From: Vulcanimicrobiaceae bacterium
GTDB lineage: Bacteria > Verrucomicrobiota > Verrucomicrobiia > Limisphaerales > Palsa-1400
Assembly: GCA_035511075.1 (NCBI GenBank)
Contig: DATKFW010000034.1
Location: 45,839 to 109,838, forward strand
Direction: 5' to 3'
Length of the DNA: 64,000 bases
A model generated the notes under the pieces. That model worked only from the letters and a program-made list of their open reading frames with translations. It searched no databases and was not told the origin of the DNA. Shown here one piece after another: positions 16,401 through 24,180 of this stretch (within the stretch, counting starts at the first letter, position 1; each line of letters starts with the position of its first letter). The position numbers and the translations under genes are program-made.

Positions 16401-16841
16401 GTTGGGATGGTCCATCATGGCGAGGGCCTGACGTTCGGCCTCGAACCTGGCAATGACGCCTTTGGTGTCCATGCCCAGTTTGATGACTTTGAGGGCGACG
16501 CGTCGGCTGACTGGCTGCTGTTGCTCGGCCATATAGACGACGCCGCACCCGCCCTCGCCGATTTGTTGGAGCAATTTGTAGCGACCGATCACAGTTCCGG
16601 GAGCTTCGGAAAGGGGCGTGATGAGGACCGTGGGCCTGAGCGCGGCGGCTGGCTGCTCGGGCAGGAACCCTTGCGGCGCCTCGTGGGCGCGCAGCAAAGC
16701 TTCGACGCGGTGGCGCAGGGGGATGTTATCCCGGCAAGCGCCAGCAAGGTAAACTGGGCGCTCGGAGAGGCTGAAGGCTAGGGCGGCGTTGAAAATGGTT
16801 TCCGCTTCGGCGGCGTTCGGATTGGCAGGTTGTTCGTTCAT
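13464..16841 (-). CDS. Transmembrane Ser/Thr protein kinase with 14 C-terminal WD40 repeats
   Basis: 1125 aa. Hanks kinase motifs GEGGCGVVY, ALKVIK, HRDIKPSNILV, DFGIA and PAYMSPE. One TM span LAFGAGVAVVVALVSGLALAALGW. Then a charged helix and 14 WD40 units. Confidence 0.92.
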   Translation of the reverse strand: MNEQPANPNAAEAETIFNAALAFSLSERPVYLAGACRDNIPLRHRVEALLRAHEAPQGFLPEQPAAALRPTVLITPLSEAPGTVIGRYKLLQQIGEGGCGVVYMAEQQQPVSRRVALKVIKLGMDTKGVIARFEAERQALAMMDHPNIAKVLDAGATDTGRPYFVMELVRGIKITDYCDQNNLSTRERVDLFIQVCRAIQHAHQKGIIHRDIKPSNILVTMHDGVPVPKVIDFGIAKATSGKLTDQTLFTAFEQFIGTPAYMSPEQAEMSALDIDTRSDIYSLGVLLYELLTGQTPFNAKELLQAGLDEIRRTIREQEPARPSTCLSTMQGPDLTEIAKHRKVESLGLVNMVRGDLDWIVMKALEKDRTRRYETANGLAADLKRHLENEPITARPPSAAYRFQKAFHRNKLAFGAGVAVVVALVSGLALAALGWSQTRVERDKALQATIAEASQRKAAQASKEKAEAEKAEADHLLYIADMNLAGQAWDQGAVDRVRELLEETKGFPRRGFEWYYWERQTHLALATLRGHLDSVTSVAFSPDGRRIVTGSRDNTAKVWDTASGKELLTLKGHGLGVGWNGTAVESVAFSPDGQRIATGSEDTTAKVWDAASGKELLTLKGHGAGVWSVAFSPDGQRIVTGSFDNTAKVWDAASGEELLTLKGHGGAGQCAAFSPDGQRIATDGDDNTAKVWETASGKELLTLKGHGGGIFSMAFSPDGQRIVTGSRDKTSKVWDAASGKELLTLKGHDGEVWSVAFSQDSKRIVTGSFDNTAKVWDAASGKELLTLKGHGGLVSGVAFSPDGQRVVTCSWDHTAKVWDAASGTELPTLKGHSGLVYSVAFSSDGQRILTGSSDKTAKVWDAATSKELFTLKGLAGAFSPDGRRIATSEDNTAKVWDAASGKELLTLKGRSGLVCGVDFSPDGQRIFTAGTNTTATFWDASSGKELSTFNLNSNLVNAFAFSPDGQRLVTGSIDKTVTVWEVASGKELLTLKGHGDQLNSVAFSPDALRIVTASGDATAKVWDAATGKELLTLRGHGGPVHSAAFSPDGQRIVTAGGDKTAKVWDAASGKELLTLHGHDAGVLSAAFSPDGQRIVTGGFDKTAKVWQAASKDQAAKWQAEEATIVK
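13524..15257 (-). repeat. Intragenic tandem array of 14 WD40-encoding units (mostly 126 bp)
   Basis: Units follow GH...V.SVAFSPDGQRIVTGS.D.TAKVWDAASGKELLTLK. I counted 42 aa for 11 units, 49 aa for unit 2, 36 aa for unit 9 and 31 aa for the last. The array has no stops in several frames, which produces spurious track ORFs. Confidence 0.9.
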
Positions 16842-16911
16842 AATCTCGTTCTACCTCTAGTGGCGCTTTTTCGGGGCCAAATTGGTTCAGGTAAAAAGAG
16901 AAGTATTGGAT

Positions 16912-17484
16912 TTATTTTGAATCGCCCTTGAGTTGCTCGTAAAGCCAAGCCCGGGAGTAAGCCCAGTAACGCTTGGCGGTGGACTCCGATAGGCCCAAGG
17001 CCTCGCCGGCCTCGGCGATGCTCAGGCCGGTAAAAAAACGAAGTTTGACCAACTCGCCTTTGACGGGATCTTCCCGAGCCAACTCTCGCAACGCGTCATC
17101 CACACGGATGAGAGTGTCGTCATCCGAATGGATCGCCATATCCAGTTGGTCCAAGTCCACGCGCGCCAGTCCCTGGCCGTGGCGGAGGCGGTTCTTGCGG
17201 CGGGCATTATCGATGAGGATACGGCGCATCGCCTCGGCAGCGGCGGCGAAAAAGTGTCCCCGGCTGTTCCATTGCTGATCGTGCGAGCCCGCCAGCCGAA
17301 GCCAGGCCTCGTGGACCAGCGCGGTGGGCTGAAGTGTCTGGCCTGCGGCCTCGTGCGCCATTTTATGAGCCGCCAGTTTGCGCAGTTCCTCATAGACCAA
17401 AGGAAGCAATTGGCCGGCGGCCTTGGGATCGCCAGCATCAATGGCGCTAAGCAACTGGGTGACGTCAGACACGGCGAAATCCAT
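16912..17484 (-). CDS. ECF-type RNA polymerase sigma factor (TIGR02999-like, kinase-associated type)
   Basis: Start taken at the internal ATG (MDFAVSDVTQLLSAIDAGDPKAAGQLLPLVYEELRKLA...). Region 2 is LQPTALVHEAWLRL...RRILIDNARR; region 4 is LVKLRFFTGLSIAEAGEALGLSESTAKRYW. It lies 70 nt upstream of the kinase gene on the same strand. Confidence 0.9.
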   Translation of the reverse strand: MDFAVSDVTQLLSAIDAGDPKAAGQLLPLVYEELRKLAAHKMAHEAAGQTLQPTALVHEAWLRLAGSHDQQWNSRGHFFAAAAEAMRRILIDNARRKNRLRHGQGLARVDLDQLDMAIHSDDDTLIRVDDALRELAREDPVKGELVKLRFFTGLSIAEAGEALGLSESTAKRYWAYSRAWLYEQLKGDSK

Positions 17485-17646
17485 CCTAAACGGATTGCGA
17501 GCCGCAAGCAATGAAAAGCCGCGACACGAAAAGCGGTGACGTAAGGAATTCTGATAGGGCCTAGACACGGATTCCACTCCAGGTAATAATTGAATGCGAC
17601 AGGTTAATTTCGACTGGCTGCCAACTTGCTCAACCTGCTGATTGTA

Positions 17647-17874
17647 TCACAGGCGTTTCAACCATCTGGTGATCACCGTCCCTCCGCCGGACAGAGAGAA
17701 GTCATCGTAAACAGTGAAAGGCCCGGAACTCGTAAGATTGTCCGTCTTGTCAAAAGGTTGCCTGTAAAGCACAACTGGAATACCCGCCTTGGCACTGAAT
17801 GCGACCAGCATTCCCCACGCTAGAATCGATACGATCCTTACGCTCATCCTCCCCAAGCGTTGGCTGGCTTTCAT
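17647..17874 (-). pseudogene. Possible N-terminal fragment of a secreted protein (75 aa); weak call
   Basis: MSVRIVSILAWGMLVAFSAKAG looks like a signal peptide. The following IPVVLYRQPFDKTDN...FTVYDDFSLSGGGTVITRW resembles the start of larger secreted beta-sandwich proteins but stops abruptly. Confidence 0.25.
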
Positions 17875-18342
17875 GCAAAGTCAAGCACATTAAGCGCACA
17901 TTCCATGTCGATCAAGCCGCGACAGATGGCAGAGGATTCACAGGAAAGCGCTTGCCTCTCCCACTTTTATATGGGACGTTAAAAGTTGTGAGAGATGAGG
18001 TTCTTTGACAATTTGGGAAAAGAGATTGCTCGCGGGGCCGGCCACCAACGCAACGACGTTCACCACGTAAAACGTGGCTAAGGCGCGGAGTTGTTGGAAA
18101 ATAATTCCTGGCTCCCTGCCACGTTCTACGTGGGTAAGCGCTCACTGCACGGCTCACGTCACGTTAACGTTGTCGTGGCGCCCACGAGCGGACCAGTCGC
18201 ACTCAGCCAAACCCAGTCAAACCATATCACTGTCAGGTTTGACGGGGTGTCCCCGAGGCTGGCGCCCCCTCGCCAATCAAGGTCAATCAAGGTTGCTAAA
18301 GGTTCACGGCAAACCTGGCAAATTCAAATCATGGGTTCCGCC

Positions 18343-18409
18343 CTTCGTTTCCTTTGTTTGCTTCTGTTTGGCTCTGAAGAGTTTACAGAAGATAACCAAG
18401 GCAACGAAG
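18343..18409. repeat. Imperfect 25-bp inverted repeat (REP/MITE-like hairpin)
   Basis: CTTCGTTTCCTTTGTTTGCTTCTGT (18343..18367) against the reverse complement of ACAGAAGATAACCAAGGCAACGAAG (18385..18409). 21 of 25 positions pair, with a 17-nt loop. Confidence 0.6.
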
Positions 18410-18521
18410 CAGGAATTCTCGCGCCTAAGCATTCTGTACAGCTCACCCCGCCAGTTGTGGCCGCCCGCTAAAATTTCTCGCGTGCCCGAAGCAAATCGGC
18501 TTACCTTCGATTGTTGGAGCA

Positions 18522-19001
18522 ATGCAAGTGACCATGTTGACGCCGCTTAAGAAACAAAAAACCCGCCGCACTCGTGGCTCTTTCGCCATCATCGCGTCTC
18601 GATACAACGCCCGCTACGTCGATGCAATGGTCGCTGCCGCCGAACACCAATTGAAAGAGGCCGGCGCAACCAAAATCCGCGTCATTCGCGTCCCCGGCGC
18701 GTTTGAGATTCCGGCGGTCGCCGCGCGTCTGGCCCGCGCGCGCCCTCCCTGCTCCGCTTTGATTTGTCTGGGCGTCATCCTGCGCGGCCAGACTTCTCAC
18801 GCGCAGCAAATCGCCGACGCCGTCAGCGGCGCCCTCGCCCAATTGCAGATTCAACATGCCCTGCCGGTGATCCACGAAGTCTTATTACTTGACAACGAAG
18901 CGCAAGCCGTCGTCCGTTGTCTTGACAAGCAACATAATCGCGGCGCTGAAGCCGCCCAGACGGCGTTGGAAATGGTGCGAATCATGGCGTCACTGCCCTG
19001 A
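18522..19001 (+). CDS. ribH: 6,7-dimethyl-8-ribityllumazine synthase
   Basis: 159 aa with FAIIASRYN...VIRVPGAFEIP...LICLGVILRGQTSH..., the typical RibH pattern. Confidence 0.93.
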   Translation: MQVTMLTPLKKQKTRRTRGSFAIIASRYNARYVDAMVAAAEHQLKEAGATKIRVIRVPGAFEIPAVAARLARARPPCSALICLGVILRGQTSHAQQIADAVSGALAQLQIQHALPVIHEVLLLDNEAQAVVRCLDKQHNRGAEAAQTALEMVRIMASLP

Positions 19002-19736
19002 ATGATCTCCCTACTAAAAGCAGCCTGTGACGCGGCGTTGAACTTTATCTATCCGCCCGTCTGCCAGGTTTGCGGAGCCGAGCGCGCGACAGCCGGCGAG
19101 GGATACGTCGGCGGCAAATGCTGGTCGGACCTCCGCTTTCTAACCGCGCCGTTTTGCGAACGTTGCGGGTTGCCCTATGATGGCAGCATCACGCATTCGT
19201 TTGTGTGCCAGAATTGCCAGGGGCTGGATTTCGGTTTTCGCTTCGCCCGTTCGGCGATGGTGGCCAACCGGGTGATTCTTCAAGTCATCGGGTCCTACAA
19301 ATACAGCCGCGCGGTCTGGTTCGAGCCGTTTCTGGGAGATTTGTTAACGCGGCAGGCCGCGCCGTCGCTGGCGGATCAGAAGTGGGACCTAATCGTCCCG
19401 GTGCCGCTTCATCCGGTAAAAAAGCGTGAGCGGGAATTCAATCAAGCCGAACGCATCGCCCGCCATCTCGCACTCGCGGTGCGGGTTCCAATCAACACGC
19501 GCCTGGTGCGCCGCGTCAAATTCACAGGCACACAGACCCTATTGACACGTTCGCAGCGCGCCGCCAATGTAGACGGCGCGTTCGTCCCGCGGGCGGGAAA
19601 ACAATTGGATGGCGAAAAAGTCATTTTGGTGGATGATGTATTGACGACCGGAGCGACGACGAGCGCGTGCGCATGGGCTTTGCGCGAATGCGGCGCCGGC
19701 GATGTCTGCGTCTGGACGGTCGCGCGCGGGGCTTGA
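19002..19736 (+). CDS. comF: ComF family protein (phosphoribosyltransferase domain, N-terminal zinc ribbon)
   Basis: ALNFIYPPVCQVCG...C..C and C-terminal VILVDDVLTTGATTSAC (PRTase motif). Its ATG directly follows the ribH stop. Confidence 0.85.
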   Translation: MISLLKAACDAALNFIYPPVCQVCGAERATAGEGYVGGKCWSDLRFLTAPFCERCGLPYDGSITHSFVCQNCQGLDFGFRFARSAMVANRVILQVIGSYKYSRAVWFEPFLGDLLTRQAAPSLADQKWDLIVPVPLHPVKKREREFNQAERIARHLALAVRVPINTRLVRRVKFTGTQTLLTRSQRAANVDGAFVPRAGKQLDGEKVILVDDVLTTGATTSACAWALRECGAGDVCVWTVARGA

Positions 19737-19803
19737 CGAGGCCAAAGCAGCTTCGTTAAATGCTTGGTGTTTGCAACGAACAATGGAAGAATGAGGTTTC
19801 AAT

Positions 19804-20757
19804 ATGGCTACGACTTCGTTTACAAAAAAGACAATCGGACTGGACACCGTTGAGCCTGCCGTCACGCCGCCACCCTCGGACGCCACCGCCTCATTCGTCA
19901 AAAAGCACAAACTGGCCTCCTCTTCATCGCGCAAACGCGACATCCCGGAGGGCCTTTGGACCAAGTGCAAAAAGTGCGCCGTCATGATCTATGACAAGGA
20001 GCTGGACGCCAATCTCAAGGTCTGCCCGAAATGCCAATACCATTTTCCCATCGGCGCCCGCGAACGCATTCACGCCCTGGTGGAAACCTGCTCCTTCGAG
20101 GAGACCAACGCCTCGATGGAAAGCGTCGACATCCTCAAATTCACCGGCGTCTCCTCCTACACCGCCAAACTCGAACAATATCAAAAGGAATCCGGCCTCA
20201 AGGACGCCGTCTGCACCGGCATCGGGCGAATCAACAGGCACCGGGTGGCTCTCGGAGTGATGGATTTCGGGTTCCTCGGCGGATCGATGGGGTCCGTCGT
20301 CGGCGAAAAGCTTACCCGCTTATTCGAGGCGGCCACGGACAAAGGATTGCCCATCGTGACGATCTCGGCCAGCGCCGGCGCGCGCATGTATGAAGGCATG
20401 TTTAGCCTCATGCAAATGGCCAAGACGTGCGGCGCTCTGGCTTACCATGCCAGGAACAAGCTTCCGCACATCAGCGTGCTGACCAATCCCACTCTGGCAG
20501 GTGTCATGGCCAGTTTCGCATCAGTCGGCGATTTGATCCTTGCCGAGCCGGGCGCCATGATCGGTTTCGCGGGCCCTCGGGTCATTGAAAGCACGACCCA
20601 ATCGGAATTGCCGGCGGATTTTCAAACTGCCGAGTTTTTGCTCGAACACGGCTTGATCGACGCCATTGTTCCGCGCCTTGAGATGAAGGCGCGCCTGTCC
20701 TCCTACCTTGAATACCTGATGGAAGGACGCGAACACCTGGCCGCTCTGGGCGGTTGA
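19804..20757 (+). CDS. accD: Acetyl-CoA carboxylase carboxyltransferase subunit beta
   Basis: Zinc ribbon WTKCKKCAVMIYDKELDANLKVCPKCQYHF, then the carboxyltransferase core GGSMGSVVGEK...ISASAGARM.EG. The exact start is uncertain. Confidence 0.93.
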   Translation: MATTSFTKKTIGLDTVEPAVTPPPSDATASFVKKHKLASSSSRKRDIPEGLWTKCKKCAVMIYDKELDANLKVCPKCQYHFPIGARERIHALVETCSFEETNASMESVDILKFTGVSSYTAKLEQYQKESGLKDAVCTGIGRINRHRVALGVMDFGFLGGSMGSVVGEKLTRLFEAATDKGLPIVTISASAGARMYEGMFSLMQMAKTCGALAYHARNKLPHISVLTNPTLAGVMASFASVGDLILAEPGAMIGFAGPRVIESTTQSELPADFQTAEFLLEHGLIDAIVPRLEMKARLSSYLEYLMEGREHLAALGG

Positions 20758-20758
20758 C

Positions 20759-22954
20759 ATGGAAGAGTCCATTTTACGATTGTTGGGCCGGAAAGATTAC
20801 ACACCTTCGGACATCCACCAACTGCTGGGCCGGCTGGGCCTGCGCCCGGAGAGTCAAAACCTGCTCCAACAAGCCGTGCGCCGTCTTGAGGAAAGCGGCC
20901 AGATTATCCGCACCAAGGGCAACCGTTACATCCCGTCCCGCGAAGCGGACCTGGTGCCGGGCATCATCCGCGTCAACCGCCAGGGCAAGGGCTTTCTGGA
21001 TCCCGAGGACCCCGCCCTGCCTGAAATTGTCGTCCCGGAGAGCGCCACTGGAACCGCCCTCAATGGAGACCGCGTCCTGGTCCGCCGGCAGGCCGGCCGT
21101 GGAAAGGACGAAGGCACCGGGGCCGTCGTCCGCATCCTCCATCGCAAACACGCTCAAATCGTCGGCACTCTCCAACGCAGCAAGCAGTTCTTATTTGTCA
21201 TCCCCGACGATCCCCGGATTCCCCACGATATTTACGTCCTGCCGCCGCGCGACACCGGCCGGCCCGCCAACATTGGCGACAAAGTCGTCGTCGATTTGCG
21301 CGCCTGGGAATCGCGTCACACCAATCCCGAAGGCGAAATCATCGAAGTCCTCGGTCCGCCTGATGCCGAAGGGGTCGACATGCTTTCGGTGCTGCGGCAC
21401 TACAGCCTCCCGCTTCACTTTCCGAAAAAGGTCCTGCAGGACGCCTCCGCCCTGGCCAAAACGCATCCGGGCGGAGAACCCGCCGCCGCCGAATTGCAAG
21501 ACCGGGTCGATTGCCGCCAGCACGCCGTCGTCACCATCGACCCGGATGATGCCAAGGATTTCGACGATGCGATCTGCCTCCAACCCGACACCCAGAACCG
21601 ATGGAAGCTCTGGGTCCACATTGCCGACGTCTCGCACTACGTTCGACCCGGCACCGCGCTGGACGAGGAGGCACGCACGCGCGGCAATTCGACCTACCTC
21701 GTGGATCGGGTCATCCCGATGCTTCCCGAAGCATTGAGCAACGAAATTTGTTCCCTCAAACCCGGCGTCGATCGATTGACCAAATGCGTCGAGTTTCTGC
21801 TTTCCGCCGAGGGCCGCGTGCTGGACGCCAAATTCTATTCCGCCGTCATCCGCTCCAAAAGGCGCTTCTCCTACAAGGAAGCCCTCGCCATTTTGCAGCA
21901 GCCGCCGCCCGACGATCCCATCGGGCAAATGCTCCATCAAGCCCACGCCATTGCCCAGCGCATCCGCCAGGCCCGCTTTCGCGCCGGTTCCCTCGCCCTT
22001 GATTTTCCCGAAACTAAAATTCGTCTTGACTCCCATGGCCGCGTCCTGCTGATTGAACGGATTGAGAACGATGTTTCCCATCAATTGATCGAGGAATTCA
22101 TGCTGCTGGCCAACGAAGCGGTCGCCACCCGGCTGATGTCATTGCGTCGCCCCGCCATTTACCGCGTTCACGAGGCGCCCGACGAATCGCGCCTCTCGGA
22201 TTATCGCGAGGACGTCCTGAGCCACAACATCCCGTGCGGCAATCTCACCCAGCGCCCGGAGATACAAAAACTGATGCATCGCTTGGATGCCGTGCCGATT
22301 GGCGCCGCCTTAAAGATCGGCTTTCTGCGCTCCCTAATGCGCGCCCGCTACGCCGTCGAGCCGCTCGGCCACTATGGATTGGGCAAGCCCAAATACACCC
22401 ATTTCACCTCCCCGATCCGCCGATATTCCGACCTGGTGGTGCATCGCGCTTTATTTGACAGCGTCGCTGCGCCTGCGCACGCCCTCAAGCCCGTGGCAAT
22501 GCACATCTCGGAAACCGAACGCAATTCCTCCGATGCCGAACGCGACAGCAAGGAGACCAAGCTCTTTGCCTTTCTTCGCAACCAGCTAAAAACCGGGTGC
22601 CTTGAAAACTACACGGGCCTGGTCATAGACGTGCGGAACTTTGGCTTTTTTGTCGATGTCTCCGGTTTGGGTATGAGCGGGCTTGTGCATCTCTCGTCGA
22701 TCGAGGACGATTTTTACGTCTTCGATGCGGCGCGCAATCATTTGGTGGGCCGGCGCACGCGGCAGGTAATTCAGTTGGGGGAAAAGCTCACGGTGCAGGT
22801 GTCCAAAGTGGACACGTTTAAGAAGCAGGTGGATTTCCGGCTCGCCGACCGCTCCTCAAAAAAGAAACCGCCTGGCTCGCCAGTGGCCGCGCCTAACCGG
22901 AAACAGGGCCGCCCGCGCTATAACTCCGGCAGGACGAAGAACCAGCCGCCCTAG
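20759..22954 (+). CDS. rnr: Ribonuclease R (RNase II/VacB family 3'-5' exoribonuclease)
   Basis: 731 aa. RNB domain (VTIDPDDAKDFDDAI, HIADVSHYV, YLVDRVIPMLP, HYGLGKPKYTHFTSPIRRYSDLVVHR). C-terminal S1 domain and a basic tail. Confidence 0.93.
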   Translation: MEESILRLLGRKDYTPSDIHQLLGRLGLRPESQNLLQQAVRRLEESGQIIRTKGNRYIPSREADLVPGIIRVNRQGKGFLDPEDPALPEIVVPESATGTALNGDRVLVRRQAGRGKDEGTGAVVRILHRKHAQIVGTLQRSKQFLFVIPDDPRIPHDIYVLPPRDTGRPANIGDKVVVDLRAWESRHTNPEGEIIEVLGPPDAEGVDMLSVLRHYSLPLHFPKKVLQDASALAKTHPGGEPAAAELQDRVDCRQHAVVTIDPDDAKDFDDAICLQPDTQNRWKLWVHIADVSHYVRPGTALDEEARTRGNSTYLVDRVIPMLPEALSNEICSLKPGVDRLTKCVEFLLSAEGRVLDAKFYSAVIRSKRRFSYKEALAILQQPPPDDPIGQMLHQAHAIAQRIRQARFRAGSLALDFPETKIRLDSHGRVLLIERIENDVSHQLIEEFMLLANEAVATRLMSLRRPAIYRVHEAPDESRLSDYREDVLSHNIPCGNLTQRPEIQKLMHRLDAVPIGAALKIGFLRSLMRARYAVEPLGHYGLGKPKYTHFTSPIRRYSDLVVHRALFDSVAAPAHALKPVAMHISETERNSSDAERDSKETKLFAFLRNQLKTGCLENYTGLVIDVRNFGFFVDVSGLGMSGLVHLSSIEDDFYVFDAARNHLVGRRTRQVIQLGEKLTVQVSKVDTFKKQVDFRLADRSSKKKPPGSPVAAPNRKQGRPRYNSGRTKNQPP

Positions 22955-24180
22955 TGGGGGGGCTCAAGATTGAACGGCGCGTTGGTCGCATCGATCGCGT
23001 CGGGGGTAGTTGTTTGCGATGCGGCCCCGGCGTCCTTTTTCTCGTCTTTCTTCTCAACCAGGAGTTGAGCGCGATCGCGTATCAACGGGTCGATCAGCCA
23101 GGAATTGACAACGAAGGTCCATTTGTCCAATGCCTTTTCCTGGTCGAGCTTGGCAACTAGCGGCTTTGTCTTGTCGGCAAACTCCTTGTCGAGCCGTTTC
23201 TTGTCGTCAGGCTTTTCGTCCTTGCCCGGCGTTCTATCCGACGGGATGGCCCCGGTGACAGTGACATTTAGATTGTAATCGTTCTCCGGCGTTTTATCGC
23301 CGATCTTCAGGACGTACGTGAAATGATCGAATGTCTCAATGGTCAGCGTCAACGGGTTGTTCATCCCGGTCTTTGCGGGGGATTGGTCCGCCGCCACATC
23401 GACTATGCTCGGATAGCTCAGCGTGCTGGACAGCGATGAAACCTTGTTCGTGTCAAGCACTTCCCCCGGCTTGACGTCGGCCAGCACCCACGGGGCGGAT
23501 TCGCTCTGCCGGCTCAACGTCCAGGAATTGGAGGCGTTGGTGGAGACAAACGAAATCGTTGCCGGTTTCTCCACTTTGAAGAAATCCTTGTCCAGCCATT
23601 GCGCCGGTTTGGGGTCCACGCTGTTCAACGGGTCGGACACCGTGAGCAGGTCCTGCGTGTCGCTGCGCAGCATGACGTAACGCCCATCGGCAAAACCTTC
23701 GTCGCCGAAGGACCCTGGCGCCGGTCCTTCGGATTTCTGGGTGTGCTTCTTGCCCAGTAACAGCGAGTCCAAAACCTTGCCGCCGGCGTCCTTGAATTCA
23801 AGAAGCGTCGCCGCGTCGGGGCCCTTGCCCGGTTCCCCGAGGTGCATGCGATCCAACTGCGACGCGCCGATCGGCTCGGATTGCGCCACTTTCAAATCGC
23901 CCATCTTGATGAGCAATTCGCTGATTTGCGAGAAATTGGCCGGATAACCGCCTCTTTGCTCCACGCGCCAGCGGCCGTCTTTTTTCTCCAGGTCCAGGTC
24001 CGTATCGCCTTTGATATGAATGGAGGCCACGTCGTTCATCTGGAAATTGTTGAGCAGCTTCTGCCCGATCTGCGTCTCCGAAGCCGTCCAGGACTGCTCT
24101 CGGCGGTTGAGCAGCACCAAACACGCCCCCCCGATGACGGCCAGGGCTACCAACAGCATGATCAGTTGTTTGCGATTCAT
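22951..24180 (-). CDS. DUF4340 domain protein (last gene of the ABC/GldG operon)
   Basis: 409 aa. N-terminal anchor MNRKQLIMLLVALAVIGGACLVL. It sits downstream of a GldG-like gene with a 4-nt overlap, which is the usual DUF4340 context. Confidence 0.75.
   Translation of the reverse strand: MNRKQLIMLLVALAVIGGACLVLLNRREQSWTASETQIGQKLLNNFQMNDVASIHIKGDTDLDLEKKDGRWRVEQRGGYPANFSQISELLIKMGDLKVAQSEPIGASQLDRMHLGEPGKGPDAATLLEFKDAGGKVLDSLLLGKKHTQKSEGPAPGSFGDEGFADGRYVMLRSDTQDLLTVSDPLNSVDPKPAQWLDKDFFKVEKPATISFVSTNASNSWTLSRQSESAPWVLADVKPGEVLDTNKVSSLSSTLSYPSIVDVAADQSPAKTGMNNPLTLTIETFDHFTYVLKIGDKTPENDYNLNVTVTGAIPSDRTPGKDEKPDDKKRLDKEFADKTKPLVAKLDQEKALDKWTFVVNSWLIDPLIRDRAQLLVEKKDEKKDAGAASQTTTPDAIDATNAPFNLEPPH

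Noticed and set aside
18030-18085. Possible tmRNA tag region (GCAACGACGTTCACCACGTAA) in the gene-poor stretch upstream of ribH
   Set aside because: The peptide would be ATTFTT, not an Ala-Ala-terminated tag. The tRNA-like 5' GGGG...and 3' T-arm/CCA elements are absent. I also found no RNase P, SRP or 6S hallmarks that I can recognise.
20754-21737. 327-aa plus-strand ORF overlapping the start of rnr in another frame
   Set aside because: The rnr frame has full RNase R motifs. The alternative frame is Ser/Pro/Arg/Ala-rich junk.
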